Assembly (NCBI GenBank): GCA_947254465.1
Contig: CAMYEU010000001.1
Location: 1-33,583 of the forward strand
DNA: 33,583 nt
Direction of reading: 5' to 3'
Source: an uncultured Gemella sp.
GTDB taxonomy: Bacteria; Bacillota; Bacilli; Staphylococcales; Gemellaceae
Below are positions 10,501 to 18,347 of this stretch, one piece after another (position 1 is the stretch's first letter; every line of letters begins with the position of its first letter). A program made the translations under genes and the position numbers. The notes under the pieces were generated by a model. It did not search any database. It was not told where the DNA came from and saw only the letters and a list, made by a program, of their open reading frames with translations.

Positions 10501-10672
10501 TTTCAATGAAGTTGGAGTTTATTATATTATTTATGAACAAAGATTTTATACTAAGGATATTCCAAACATATATGGACCAGCAAATAATTGGAATCTAATG
10601 CCAGATAGAGGTTCAATAACACAAAATCATTATGATCATGTGCATATATCATTTAAAGCAGAAGGAGAATAA
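7571..10672 (+). CDS. Multidomain conjugative cell-wall hydrolase (PrgK/VirB1 analogue): basic N-terminus, TM, degenerate M23-like region, phage-tail-lysozyme domain, Sip-like Zn-peptidase C-terminus
   Basis: TM LLSLLALIVLISMFM; lysozyme motifs AAILGVFDIESG and GLGLGQFT; C-terminal HGDGLALDL...NHYDHVHISF. Confidence 0.85.
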   Translation: MSKYRIKRRDKDELKSLKSDIKAEKTRYSILKEEYKEVQREQKLQPSNNTRTNKTSYRANIKSEKTNNYTSNTISRSSKGSNSEKLTSRNSYSMDNNLKTKKSSREEYLKNNKRKEYLKNSTRSRVLKQKNEDSIAKKVKEQENFYLDDSSFRKENSKILDIDNNSNSTSSREYYKTKALKQRNERYSKEKFKNDRLRKDNSRKIFYANRKTNHLDKTRISDPESNSGIKNQQVNELKEDLKEQKSALKLKKKEYRKKKKIYKRKYQSKIKRKVKEGLKGAVSQTYAIESVLNKDEDLARYVKAKNKYGAVRYEVEKYGRLGKEVVKKTSKFTYGVGNRTYNLKNGRGFTRTPKRFTWQYKLKQKILANKKYQRAKQVKNTASKVTRPFTKPVGKLVKNVYKNPLGRKGLLSLLALIVLISMFMSSVSPSRMNEWEMNDTWLYFTKLDREKSTDKVIYYSDVEDYVYYLNYRYDKTVKQIYGDPSAYKDKHLPHTRQGRTFLEGMWEFLNGDKDNLKTIDNLVNDDGEYGLDEKERKEWKQLVEISKDTGRFPFARELDNFLFDKKDSKYKLPMKVLERYGYKDKDNISDTTTFQADPNQYIYASMTGKVSIDGNDVSIEQGRKRITYYDLQNIRVTAGEQALRNEIIGQVKQEGKQAVKYEKLKDNNGKQEWTSVNIGFYLPSIQYMQKTEVIRDLGLSGDKLGRIREFVDLVKKYEPNATNEGLAAILGVFDIESGVQPKRAEGDYLPQPIGASDNSWDDENWLSIGGPQIYNGRFPNIVHRGLGLGQFTDTADGSRRHTMLLDFAKEKNSKWYYMDLQVDFIFNGDSPYYRQVFRNIVTSQDSVESLVARFLKDWEGGYTDKLESRIERAKDLFRYLKSGGGTAGHFKDKSDQELWNKVASTHGSLAGSGGLQPHVSQMRAFLMEKFELSVIGGYRAGDSDGTHHGHGDGLALDLMLPVGDPKGHVITNYLVENFNEVGVYYIIYEQRFYTKDIPNIYGPANNWNLMPDRGSITQNHYDHVHISFKAEGE

Positions 10673-10688
10673 GGAGAAATATTAATAT

Positions 10689-11258
10689 ATGTTAAATACA
10701 AAATTAATAAAGACAATAAAAATTACTGTTTCGCTAGTAGTTATAATTTCAGTTTTTGTTATGGGATATTTTTTAGGTGATGGGCTAAGAAAAAATTCAG
10801 CTAATAAAACTATAAAAGATACTCTTCAGCAAACTAAAAATTCTAATAAAGATATAGAAAATCAACTTAAAGAAAAAACACAAGGTTTTTTAATAGCCTT
10901 TTATACAAAAAAAGACCTTGGAGAAAATAGAGATAGATACAGACCGTTTGTAACCGAAGGAATGTATAACTCTATAGTTGCGGACGAAGAAAAAGCTGTA
11001 AATAAAGCATATCAAGGGTATATAGTTGATTGGGAATATCAAGATGCAGACATGTATATCAATTCTGATAAATTAGAAGTGCTAGTGAATGTAAGATATA
11101 AAAATACGACGCTTGCGATAAAAGATGATAAGAGTAAACAAACAACTCAAAATAGACAATCATCTTATAAAATTACCTTTACAAAAGTAGACAATAAATT
11201 ACTTGTCAATAAAACAGATCAGATGTTAATAGAACCTGTAGCAGATAGAAAACTGTAG
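10689..11258 (+). CDS. VirB8-like (PrgL-type) bitopic T4SS protein
   Basis: N-terminal TM then an NTF2-like pattern (FLIAFYTKKDLGENRDRYRPFVT); position after the hydrolase. Confidence 0.65.
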   Translation: MLNTKLIKTIKITVSLVVIISVFVMGYFLGDGLRKNSANKTIKDTLQQTKNSNKDIENQLKEKTQGFLIAFYTKKDLGENRDRYRPFVTEGMYNSIVADEEKAVNKAYQGYIVDWEYQDADMYINSDKLEVLVNVRYKNTTLAIKDDKSKQTTQNRQSSYKITFTKVDNKLLVNKTDQMLIEPVADRKL

Positions 11259-11269
11259 GAGGAAATAAT

Positions 11270-11506
11270 TTGATAACTAAAGAAGAGCTAGAAAAGATAG
11301 AACAACAAATAAATAAGAAAAAGGCAGATTTAGTAAAAAATCAAGAACAACAAAAAATAAAAAAAAAGCAATTAAGTGATTTAAAAAATAGAGAAAAGAC
11401 AATAAATAATGAACTTACAGCTCTTCAAAATGATTATTTAAGAAAAACGCTAGATTATAATAATATGACTTTTGAAGAGTTTAAAGAACTAATGAATAAA
11501 AATTAA
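11270..11506 (+). CDS. Small coiled-coil hypothetical protein
   Basis: TTG start after AGGAGG; heptad-like K/E/Q/L pattern. Confidence 0.7.
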   Translation: MITKEELEKIEQQINKKKADLVKNQEQQKIKKKQLSDLKNREKTINNELTALQNDYLRKTLDYNNMTFEEFKELMNKN

Positions 11507-11521
11507 GAAAGGACGAATTAA

Positions 11522-12220
11522 ATGTTTGTAGCTAGAAGTTTAAGAACTAATGAAATGCATGAATTGAATACTATAGAAGAATTAATTCAAGACCTGGAAG
11601 TACTAAATATAAAAAATAAAAAATTAGAAAAATCAGAAACAATCTCTATTTATGAAACAGATTCCAATGGAGAAATTATCGATGAATTTGAAGTAGATTT
11701 ACCGACTAATAAAAGTATAGAAGATATACTAATCTCTGATGAAGATTATTCAGAAGAAACGCAGATAAGAGATGTTAACTATAATGATATGACAGATGAA
11801 GAAAAAGAAGTTTTTAATAGAATTAATAAAACAGAGATTAAAAAAGAAGTATTTAAAGAAAATACTCGAGAAGAGAGCATTAAAGATTCTGAAAAAAAAC
11901 AAAGAGAGATTATTGAAAAAATCCAAAGAAAAAAAGTAGAGGAAGATAATAATTATGTAAGTAATTACAAAGAAAAACCAAGAAATAATTATGAATATCA
12001 AACTCCAGTAAGACCTCAAAAAATAAGAGAAACTCAAAGTAACCAAGTAGCAACAGTATATGAAGGAATGACTTTAGTTCCAGCAGATGAATTAAAAAAT
12101 GATTTCAAATATAATGTAAGTATTGAATTAGAAAAAATAGAAAGACATATTTTTTTACTAGAGAGGCAAGCTAAAGAATATCGAAGGCTTATGAACGCTA
12201 TTGATTCTCTAGATTATTAG
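11522..12220 (+). CDS. Hypothetical acidic/charged protein in the transfer region
   Basis: RBS AAAGGA; 232 aa; no recognised family. Confidence 0.75.
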   Translation: MFVARSLRTNEMHELNTIEELIQDLEVLNIKNKKLEKSETISIYETDSNGEIIDEFEVDLPTNKSIEDILISDEDYSEETQIRDVNYNDMTDEEKEVFNRINKTEIKKEVFKENTREESIKDSEKKQREIIEKIQRKKVEEDNNYVSNYKEKPRNNYEYQTPVRPQKIRETQSNQVATVYEGMTLVPADELKNDFKYNVSIELEKIERHIFLLERQAKEYRRLMNAIDSLDY

Positions 12221-12232
12221 AGGTAATTCTTT

Positions 12233-12775
12233 ATGGAAGAAGAAAGAGTAGTAAGTTTACTTTTTAAAGAAACAAAATTAACTGCTGAAATATTATTTAA
12301 ATCTTTATATTTTGTGGCAGAAAAAGCTATTAATAGTACAGGAAAGCTAATGGATATTAGATTTAAAACTCCTTTTAAAGGAGAAAGTGAATGGAATAAA
12401 TTTATGAACTCCGTTGATCCTATAACAATAAAAGACTTAAAAACAGTAGAGTTAAATTTAGACGAATTTAAAGAACAATTAAAAAAATACGGTATAGGAT
12501 TTTCTTTCTACAAACATTCTGACGGAGAGACAGTATCTTTAGCCTATGCATTTAAACACAAAGATATAGTAGAAAAAGCACTGTCAGATACATTAGAAAA
12601 AATAGTAAATAAGAAAAATGTAAGAGAAATAATAGAAAGTTCAAAGAAAAAGCCAAAAGTAAAAGATTTAGAAGAAAAACTAAAATATTATAAAAATGTA
12701 GAAGAAGCTATTAAAAAAGAAAAAGGATTAGGAGTTAAGGAAAAAGTACCTACAAAAGGAGAGAAAGTACTGTGA
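12233..12775 (+). CDS. pcfB: PcfB (DUF3801)-like protein
   Basis: FKEQLKKYGIGFSF motif; stop overlaps the virD4 start, as pcfB-pcfC. Confidence 0.7.
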   Translation: MEEERVVSLLFKETKLTAEILFKSLYFVAEKAINSTGKLMDIRFKTPFKGESEWNKFMNSVDPITIKDLKTVELNLDEFKEQLKKYGIGFSFYKHSDGETVSLAYAFKHKDIVEKALSDTLEKIVNKKNVREIIESSKKKPKVKDLEEKLKYYKNVEEAIKKEKGLGVKEKVPTKGEKVL

Positions 12776-14580
12776 GGAAGAATATAAAATCAAAACTTGT
12801 ACTATTACCTTTAGGCGGAGCTTTTTCTTTTTACTTCGGGCATACATTATACAAAACATATGAAAATGCTCAAGGTAAATTACTCTTCGACAAGTTAAGT
12901 TGGCTTATTGATAATCTTAGCACATATAGACCTATAGATTTTATTTATACACAAGGCTCATTAGGGGCAGGAAGTATGTTCTTAATATTTTATATCTTGT
13001 TGTATATGCGATTTACACTAAATAAATATCGTTATAGAGTAGGAGAAGAACACGGTTCGGCAAGATATTCAACGATAGAAGAGATAAAAGCATTTGAAGA
13101 CAAGTATGAAGAGAACAATATAATCTTTACTAAAAATGCGAAGATGGGACTTTATAACAAGAGATTACCTTACGATAAACAACTTAATAAGAATGTAGTA
13201 GTAATAGGTGGACCAGGTTCTGGGAAAACATTTACTTTTGTAAAACCTAATGCAATGCAACTTAATTCTTCTAAAATATTTACTGACACAAAGGGATTAT
13301 TGGTAAGAGAGTTAGGGAATTTATATAAAGAAAATGGATATACAGTAAAAGTATTTGACTTAATTCATTTTGTAAATTCTCATCAATTCAATGTATTTAA
13401 CTACATAAAAAAAGAAACTGATATTGATGAAGTGGCAGAAGCTATAGTCCAAGCAACTAAAAAATCTGACAATAAAGGTGAAGATTTTTGGCTACAAGCT
13501 GAACTAATGCTTATGAAATCATTGATAGGGTATTTATACTTTGATAGTAAAATAAGTAAGTATGAACCTAGTTTACCACAAGTAACTGATCTTATCAGAC
13601 ATTTAGAACGTACAGATCCAGATGTAGAATCGGTTTTAGAAATGATGTATGAAGAATTAAATGAAAAAATTCCAAACAACTATGCTTACAGGCAATTTCA
13701 ACTATTTAATAAGAACTTTGCAGGCGAAACTAGAAATTCTGTAAAAGCAATAATTGCTTCACGATTTTCAGTATTTGAACATGAGGAAGTAAGAGAACTG
13801 TTACAAACTGACACAATGAATATTGAAACTTGGAATATAGAAAAAACAGTAGTTTTTATAAATGTTCCAGAAGTAAATGATGCATATCAATTTATTTCAT
13901 CTTTGTTATTTTCAACAATATTTAAAACGACAATAAAAACAGCAGACGAAGTTATTCAAGGGGTATTAAATAAAGAACTTATTCATATAGAAATATATGG
14001 TGATGAATTTGCTCAACTTGGAAAAATAAATAACATATCAAAATATTTAGCAGTAATACGAAGCCGAGAAATATCATTAAAAATAATACTACAAGGACTT
14101 CCACAGCTAGACATGATATATGGTAAGGAAGAAGCTAAAAGTATATTAAGTAACTGTGAAACACTTCTTTATTTAGGAACTAATGATAAAGATACTATAG
14201 AATATCTATCATTTAGAGCTGGTAATGAAACTATTGATGATAGGAATTATTCAGAAAATAGAAATAGTACTAGCGGAGGTTCAACGTTACAACATTCAAA
14301 ATTAAAACGTGAAATCCTTACTCCACATGAAATAGCCACTATTAATATTAACGAAGCACTACTATATATAGGAAAGCAAAATGTATTTAGAGATAATAAA
14401 TACAATGTAAATATGCATAAAAATAAAAAGTATTTAGCGGATAGTCCAAAAGATGATACGTGGTATCGATATAAGATATATCGAAGTGAATACGAAGAGT
14501 GGTTAGATAATGTAAAAACAGAAAATCACATAAAAGCAAGTACAGAAGAATTTAATGAATTTGTTAAAAATACGCTGTAA
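12772..14580 (+). CDS. virD4: VirD4/TraG type IV coupling protein
   Basis: N-terminal TMs, EHGSARY, Walker A GGPGSGKT, TDTKG, Walker B YGDEFAQLG, RSREIS. Confidence 0.96.
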   Translation: MRKNIKSKLVLLPLGGAFSFYFGHTLYKTYENAQGKLLFDKLSWLIDNLSTYRPIDFIYTQGSLGAGSMFLIFYILLYMRFTLNKYRYRVGEEHGSARYSTIEEIKAFEDKYEENNIIFTKNAKMGLYNKRLPYDKQLNKNVVVIGGPGSGKTFTFVKPNAMQLNSSKIFTDTKGLLVRELGNLYKENGYTVKVFDLIHFVNSHQFNVFNYIKKETDIDEVAEAIVQATKKSDNKGEDFWLQAELMLMKSLIGYLYFDSKISKYEPSLPQVTDLIRHLERTDPDVESVLEMMYEELNEKIPNNYAYRQFQLFNKNFAGETRNSVKAIIASRFSVFEHEEVRELLQTDTMNIETWNIEKTVVFINVPEVNDAYQFISSLLFSTIFKTTIKTADEVIQGVLNKELIHIEIYGDEFAQLGKINNISKYLAVIRSREISLKIILQGLPQLDMIYGKEEAKSILSNCETLLYLGTNDKDTIEYLSFRAGNETIDDRNYSENRNSTSGGSTLQHSKLKREILTPHEIATININEALLYIGKQNVFRDNKYNVNMHKNKKYLADSPKDDTWYRYKIYRSEYEEWLDNVKTENHIKASTEEFNEFVKNTL

Positions 14581-14651
14581 TAATGAGTAAAAAATAATAT
14601 TATTAAAGCTATTACATTCTCTTTGTGAAACGTTGTAAAAAGTTATCTCAA

Positions 14652-14684
14652 ACTATTGCAATACAATACTTAAATTGTTATAAT
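14652..14684 (+). promoter_or_regulatory. Sigma-A promoter with overlapping palindromic operator
   Basis: TTGCAA (14656-14661), 17 bp, extended TG-n-TATAAT (14679-14684); ACTATTG-N5-CAATACT at 14652-14670. Confidence 0.8.
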
Positions 14685-14705
14685 AATAGTAATTAGGAGG
14701 AAATA

Positions 14706-14897
14706 ATGGAAACAAGAGAATTAAAAATCGGAATAGCTAAAGCTGGTGGAAATGCTGGTTCAGGTTCAAAACGATATCTTATAATGCTTCCTACTAAATG
14801 GGCGAGCGATATGGGAGTAGAACAAGACAGAAGAACTGCCAAAATTAGTTATGATGAAGAAAAAAAAGAAATTACAATTAAATTAAAAGAAGAGTAA
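14706..14897 (+). CDS. AbrB/MazE/SpoVT-like small DNA-binding protein
   Basis: 63 aa; IMLPTKWASDMGV...KISYDEEKKEITIK swapped-hairpin pattern; RBS AGGAGG. Confidence 0.75.
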   Translation: METRELKIGIAKAGGNAGSGSKRYLIMLPTKWASDMGVEQDRRTAKISYDEEKKEITIKLKEE

Positions 14898-14902
14898 TAT
14901 AT

Positions 14903-15442
14903 ATGAGATTTTATTGGTATGTGTCTATAGTAAAAATTATTTTGCATGTAGTGTTGAGACTTATTTCTTTTATGATTATTGTTCCAGAATTGTTTATATT
15001 CACATCTCTTGCACTAAATTCAGAAAAGAGTAGCGTAGTTAGAACATTTCCCAAATCTAATATAGATTGGATAGATGATATTCCAATCAGTATAAATAAA
15101 CTTTTTGTGAATTTACCAACACAAGAAAAGTTATTGTGGATATTATTGGTGGTTGTTGTATATTTAATATTATTAGTATTAATAAAATATAGAGATGTAT
15201 ATATACTTTTTATATTAAGCAATATATTCGTTATATATTTCTCATACCAATTCTTAGTATCAATGTTTAAACTTAATACTATCTGGAATATAATATTAAC
15301 TATTATTATTTCATTGGTAGCAGTAGGAATAAGATTAGCTATATTTGAAAAAGTGAGAGATATAATAGAATCAATAAAAGAAGTAATATCTAATTTTATT
15401 TTTGAAAAAATCAAAAATAAAAATGTAGAAAATAAAAAATAA
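14903..15442 (+). CDS. Hypothetical polytopic membrane protein
   Basis: About four hydrophobic segments; starts 5 bp after the AbrB-like gene. Confidence 0.7.
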   Translation: MRFYWYVSIVKIILHVVLRLISFMIIVPELFIFTSLALNSEKSSVVRTFPKSNIDWIDDIPISINKLFVNLPTQEKLLWILLVVVVYLILLVLIKYRDVYILFILSNIFVIYFSYQFLVSMFKLNTIWNIILTIIISLVAVGIRLAIFEKVRDIIESIKEVISNFIFEKIKNKNVENKK

Positions 15443-15446
15443 GCTC

Positions 15447-15475
15447 TTGACTATTGATATACAATAGTATATAAT
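15447..15475 (+). promoter_or_regulatory. Sigma-A promoter of the surface-protein genes with palindromic operator
   Basis: TTGACT (15447-15452), 17 bp, TATAAT (15470-15475); perfect ACTATTG-atata-CAATAGT at 15450-15468. Confidence 0.82.
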
Positions 15476-15517
15476 ATAATTATAGAAAATAACAAAGGAA
15501 AAAGGAGAAATAGTATT

Positions 15518-18238
15518 ATGAATAAAAAGAAGGATAAACTTCAAAAAAATTTATTAACAGCAGGTATAGGATTAGCGACAGTTGTTGCGGTAGGAGTAGC
15601 GACTGATACGCAAGCTAAAGCAAGTGAAAAAGACACTACAACACCATCAACTACTGTAAAAGCTGAAAAGCCCACTGTTGATCTTAAAAAACAAGTAGAA
15701 AATCAAGAAAAAGTAGTGGAAACTACAGAAGCAGAAGTAAAAGATTTAAAAAATAATGTAATAAGTTCTACTAAAAAAGTAGCAACTTTAGAAGAAAAAA
15801 CAAAAGAAGCAACTCCAGAAAATATTGCTAAAGTTGAGAAAACTGTAGACGATAAGAAAGCAGATTTAAAAGCGAACGAAGAAAAAGCGACAGTCTTAGC
15901 AAACTCTGAAAACAGAAAACAAAAAGAAGTATCCTTAGCTGAAACAGAAGTGAAAGTTGCAGAAATTAACCTTAATGAAGCTAAAGAAGAGACTACAAAA
16001 GCTAAAACAGACTTACAAAAAGCAAAAGAAGTATTAGCTGGAACTAACCAAGAAAAAGTAGTTAAAGCATTAGAAGAAGATAAAAAACAAGTAGAGCTAG
16101 ATAAAGCTGACCTTGAAGCAAAAGTAAAAGCATTAGAAGAGGCTAAAAAGCAAGATAAAGTAAGACAAGATAGAATTAATACGTTAACAACTACTAAAGA
16201 ACAAGCTACAAAAGATTATAACAAAGCAAGTAGTGATCTTGAAGCTAAAACAAAAGAATTAGAAGTTGCAAAAACAAAACTAGCATTAGCTACAAAGGAA
16301 TTAGAAGTAGCAAAAAATAATGCAGAAGGTATTAATAGAATAGTTTTAAGTGAAGAGTATGTGAAAGCGTTGAAGGATAGCTTTGATTATAATTTAGCTG
16401 AAATCGATAGAAAAAAAGCTAAAGAAACGCTAAAAAGAGTAAATGCTGAACTATTAAAACAAAATAAATATGTAAAAAACAATAATGATGATAATACAAC
16501 AAGATATGATATAGAAAATCTTCCAGAAAGTATTAGAACAGAATTATCATTATTTGCTTCTGATTTAATTAATCAAATAAGAGAGCAATTTAAATTACCA
16601 AAAGTAAAAGTAACTCCATCAGCTATAGATTTTGCGAAAATAGTAGGTGATGGTTATACAGCAGATAATTGGGATGCTCAAGAGGGGCATGATTCTCGAG
16701 CAGTAAATCAAGGAGCAAAAGAGTTCGGACTACTTACTTCAAGCAAAGAAGAAGAAGCACAACATCAACAATACTATGAAAATCTTTATTCACATTCCAT
16801 TGGTAGTAAAACTGGAACATATAATTACTTGAAGAAAGCTATTTATGATGGGATTCTGGAATTTATGCTTAATGGTTACGAGTGGTTGCATGCTCAAAGT
16901 ATAGCTGGAATTAATTGGGGACAGCCTGATGAGGAATATTTTGGATTAGATTTTTCAATAAGTAACGGTTGGACAAATATTCACTATATAAAAGTACCAG
17001 CTGACTATGTAAAACAAGCAACTAAAACAAACTTCAATAGTACAGAAATAAATAATCCTAATAATTCAACAACATTATTAGCTAAATTAACAACTGCTGA
17101 AAAGAGCGTTAGCAACATAAATGCAGAAGTTGGTACTAAAACAAAAGAGCAAGTAGCTTTACAAACAGCATATAATAATACTAAAAAATCTCTTACTGAT
17201 GCGACTAGTGAGCTTGAGTTTTTAGAGAATACAAAAACATTCACAGAAGAAGCTACAGCTTCTTATACAAAAGCAAGTAATAGACTAGCTAATGATACTA
17301 ATGCATTAAATAAAGCTCAAAAAGATTTTGATTCGTTAAATGCTGATGTTAAAACAAAACAAAGAGCAGTAGACATAGCAACAACAACGCTAGCTGAAAA
17401 AGAAAGAGCTCAAGTTACTAAACAAAAAGAATTTAATAAAAAACAAGTTGTACTAGATACTCTTGTTAAGCAACTTGGAGATATTCAAAAACAGATTTCA
17501 GAGAATAACAAAGTTATTAGTGAATTAAAACAAGATATTAAAACTAAAGAAAATGAATTAGTAGTATTACAAAATGCTCCAAAACTTCTAAAATCAGAAC
17601 AAGAAAAATTAACTGAACTAAAATCATCTTTAGAAAATAAAGAAAAACAATTAGCTGAAGCTATAGACTTGTACTCAAAACTATTGAAACAACAAATCGG
17701 AAATCTTGAATTTGATCAAAAAGATCCAGAAAATGTATTGCCAGAAGCAGTTATTAAAGAGATGACTAGAGAAGATGTTGTAAAATATAATGTAAAAGAA
17801 GAATTAGATTCAACACTTGAGGCAGGTAAGCGAGTAGTTAAAGTAAAAGGTGTAAATGGTAAGAAAAAAGTAAAAGTAGCTACATTAACAGTAAATGGTG
17901 AAGTAGTAAATAGCATTGAAGAAGTGTTAAGTGAAGAAAAAGCCATTGATGAAGTAGTTCTTGTTGGAACAAAAGAGGAATCTAAACCAATAGAACCTAC
18001 AACACCTGCTAAACCAATAGAACCTACAACACCTGCTAAACCAACAGAACCTACAACACCTGCTAAACCAACAGAACCTACAACGCCTGCTAAACCAACT
18101 AATTCAGAAGACAAGAAAGCTAAAAAAGAAAATGTAAAAAAACTTCCAAATACTGGAGAAACAACATCAGATGTAGCAGGATTTGGACTGTTATTATCAG
18201 TGTTAACATTAGGTTTATACAGAAGAAAACAAAGATAA
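15518..18238 (+). CDS. Sec10/PrgA-type surface exclusion protein, LPXTG-anchored, with coiled coils and a G5-like domain
   Basis: Signal peptide; coiled coils around ELSLFASDLINQIREQF...GHD...YYENLY...EWLHAQSIAG; G5-like GVNGKK...DEVVLVGTK; LPNTG, TM, RRKQR. Confidence 0.88.
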   Translation: MNKKKDKLQKNLLTAGIGLATVVAVGVATDTQAKASEKDTTTPSTTVKAEKPTVDLKKQVENQEKVVETTEAEVKDLKNNVISSTKKVATLEEKTKEATPENIAKVEKTVDDKKADLKANEEKATVLANSENRKQKEVSLAETEVKVAEINLNEAKEETTKAKTDLQKAKEVLAGTNQEKVVKALEEDKKQVELDKADLEAKVKALEEAKKQDKVRQDRINTLTTTKEQATKDYNKASSDLEAKTKELEVAKTKLALATKELEVAKNNAEGINRIVLSEEYVKALKDSFDYNLAEIDRKKAKETLKRVNAELLKQNKYVKNNNDDNTTRYDIENLPESIRTELSLFASDLINQIREQFKLPKVKVTPSAIDFAKIVGDGYTADNWDAQEGHDSRAVNQGAKEFGLLTSSKEEEAQHQQYYENLYSHSIGSKTGTYNYLKKAIYDGILEFMLNGYEWLHAQSIAGINWGQPDEEYFGLDFSISNGWTNIHYIKVPADYVKQATKTNFNSTEINNPNNSTTLLAKLTTAEKSVSNINAEVGTKTKEQVALQTAYNNTKKSLTDATSELEFLENTKTFTEEATASYTKASNRLANDTNALNKAQKDFDSLNADVKTKQRAVDIATTTLAEKERAQVTKQKEFNKKQVVLDTLVKQLGDIQKQISENNKVISELKQDIKTKENELVVLQNAPKLLKSEQEKLTELKSSLENKEKQLAEAIDLYSKLLKQQIGNLEFDQKDPENVLPEAVIKEMTREDVVKYNVKEELDSTLEAGKRVVKVKGVNGKKKVKVATLTVNGEVVNSIEEVLSEEKAIDEVVLVGTKEESKPIEPTTPAKPIEPTTPAKPTEPTTPAKPTEPTTPAKPTNSEDKKAKKENVKKLPNTGETTSDVAGFGLLLSVLTLGLYRRKQR
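17984..18099 (+). repeat. 27-bp tandem repeat, 4 copies plus a partial, encoding KP(I/T)EPTTPA wall spacer
   Basis: AAACCAA(T/C)AGAACCTACAAC(A/G)CCTGCT at 17984, 18011, 18038 and 18065; partial at 18092. Confidence 0.95.
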
Positions 18239-18248
18239 TATAATCTTC

Positions 18249-18279
18249 AAAAAAGACAACTAAAGTGGTTGTCTTTTTT
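18249..18279 (+). terminator. Intrinsic (potentially bidirectional) terminator after the surface exclusion gene
   Basis: AAAAAAGACAAC-taaagtg-GTTGTCTTTTTT. Confidence 0.85.
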
Positions 18280-18347
18280 GTTTTGTCCTAAATATGACAC
18301 TAAAAGGTTTAAAATTTTAAGGTTAAGTGAGAGAAAGGAAAAAAAGT

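Noticed and set aside
17716..18114. Minus-strand ORF with GLAGVVGS repeats
   Set aside because: It is the antisense reading of the 27-bp Pro-rich repeat.
18255..18279. Shared GACAAC/GTTGTC stem between this terminator and the rep attenuator as evidence of common regulation
   Set aside because: Only a 6-bp stem plus T-run is shared, with different loops; too little to separate from chance.
18327..18347. GTG start of the adhesin as given by the ORF track (likewise GTG 25242)
   Set aside because: Better RBS spacing supports ATG 18348 and ATG 25251.
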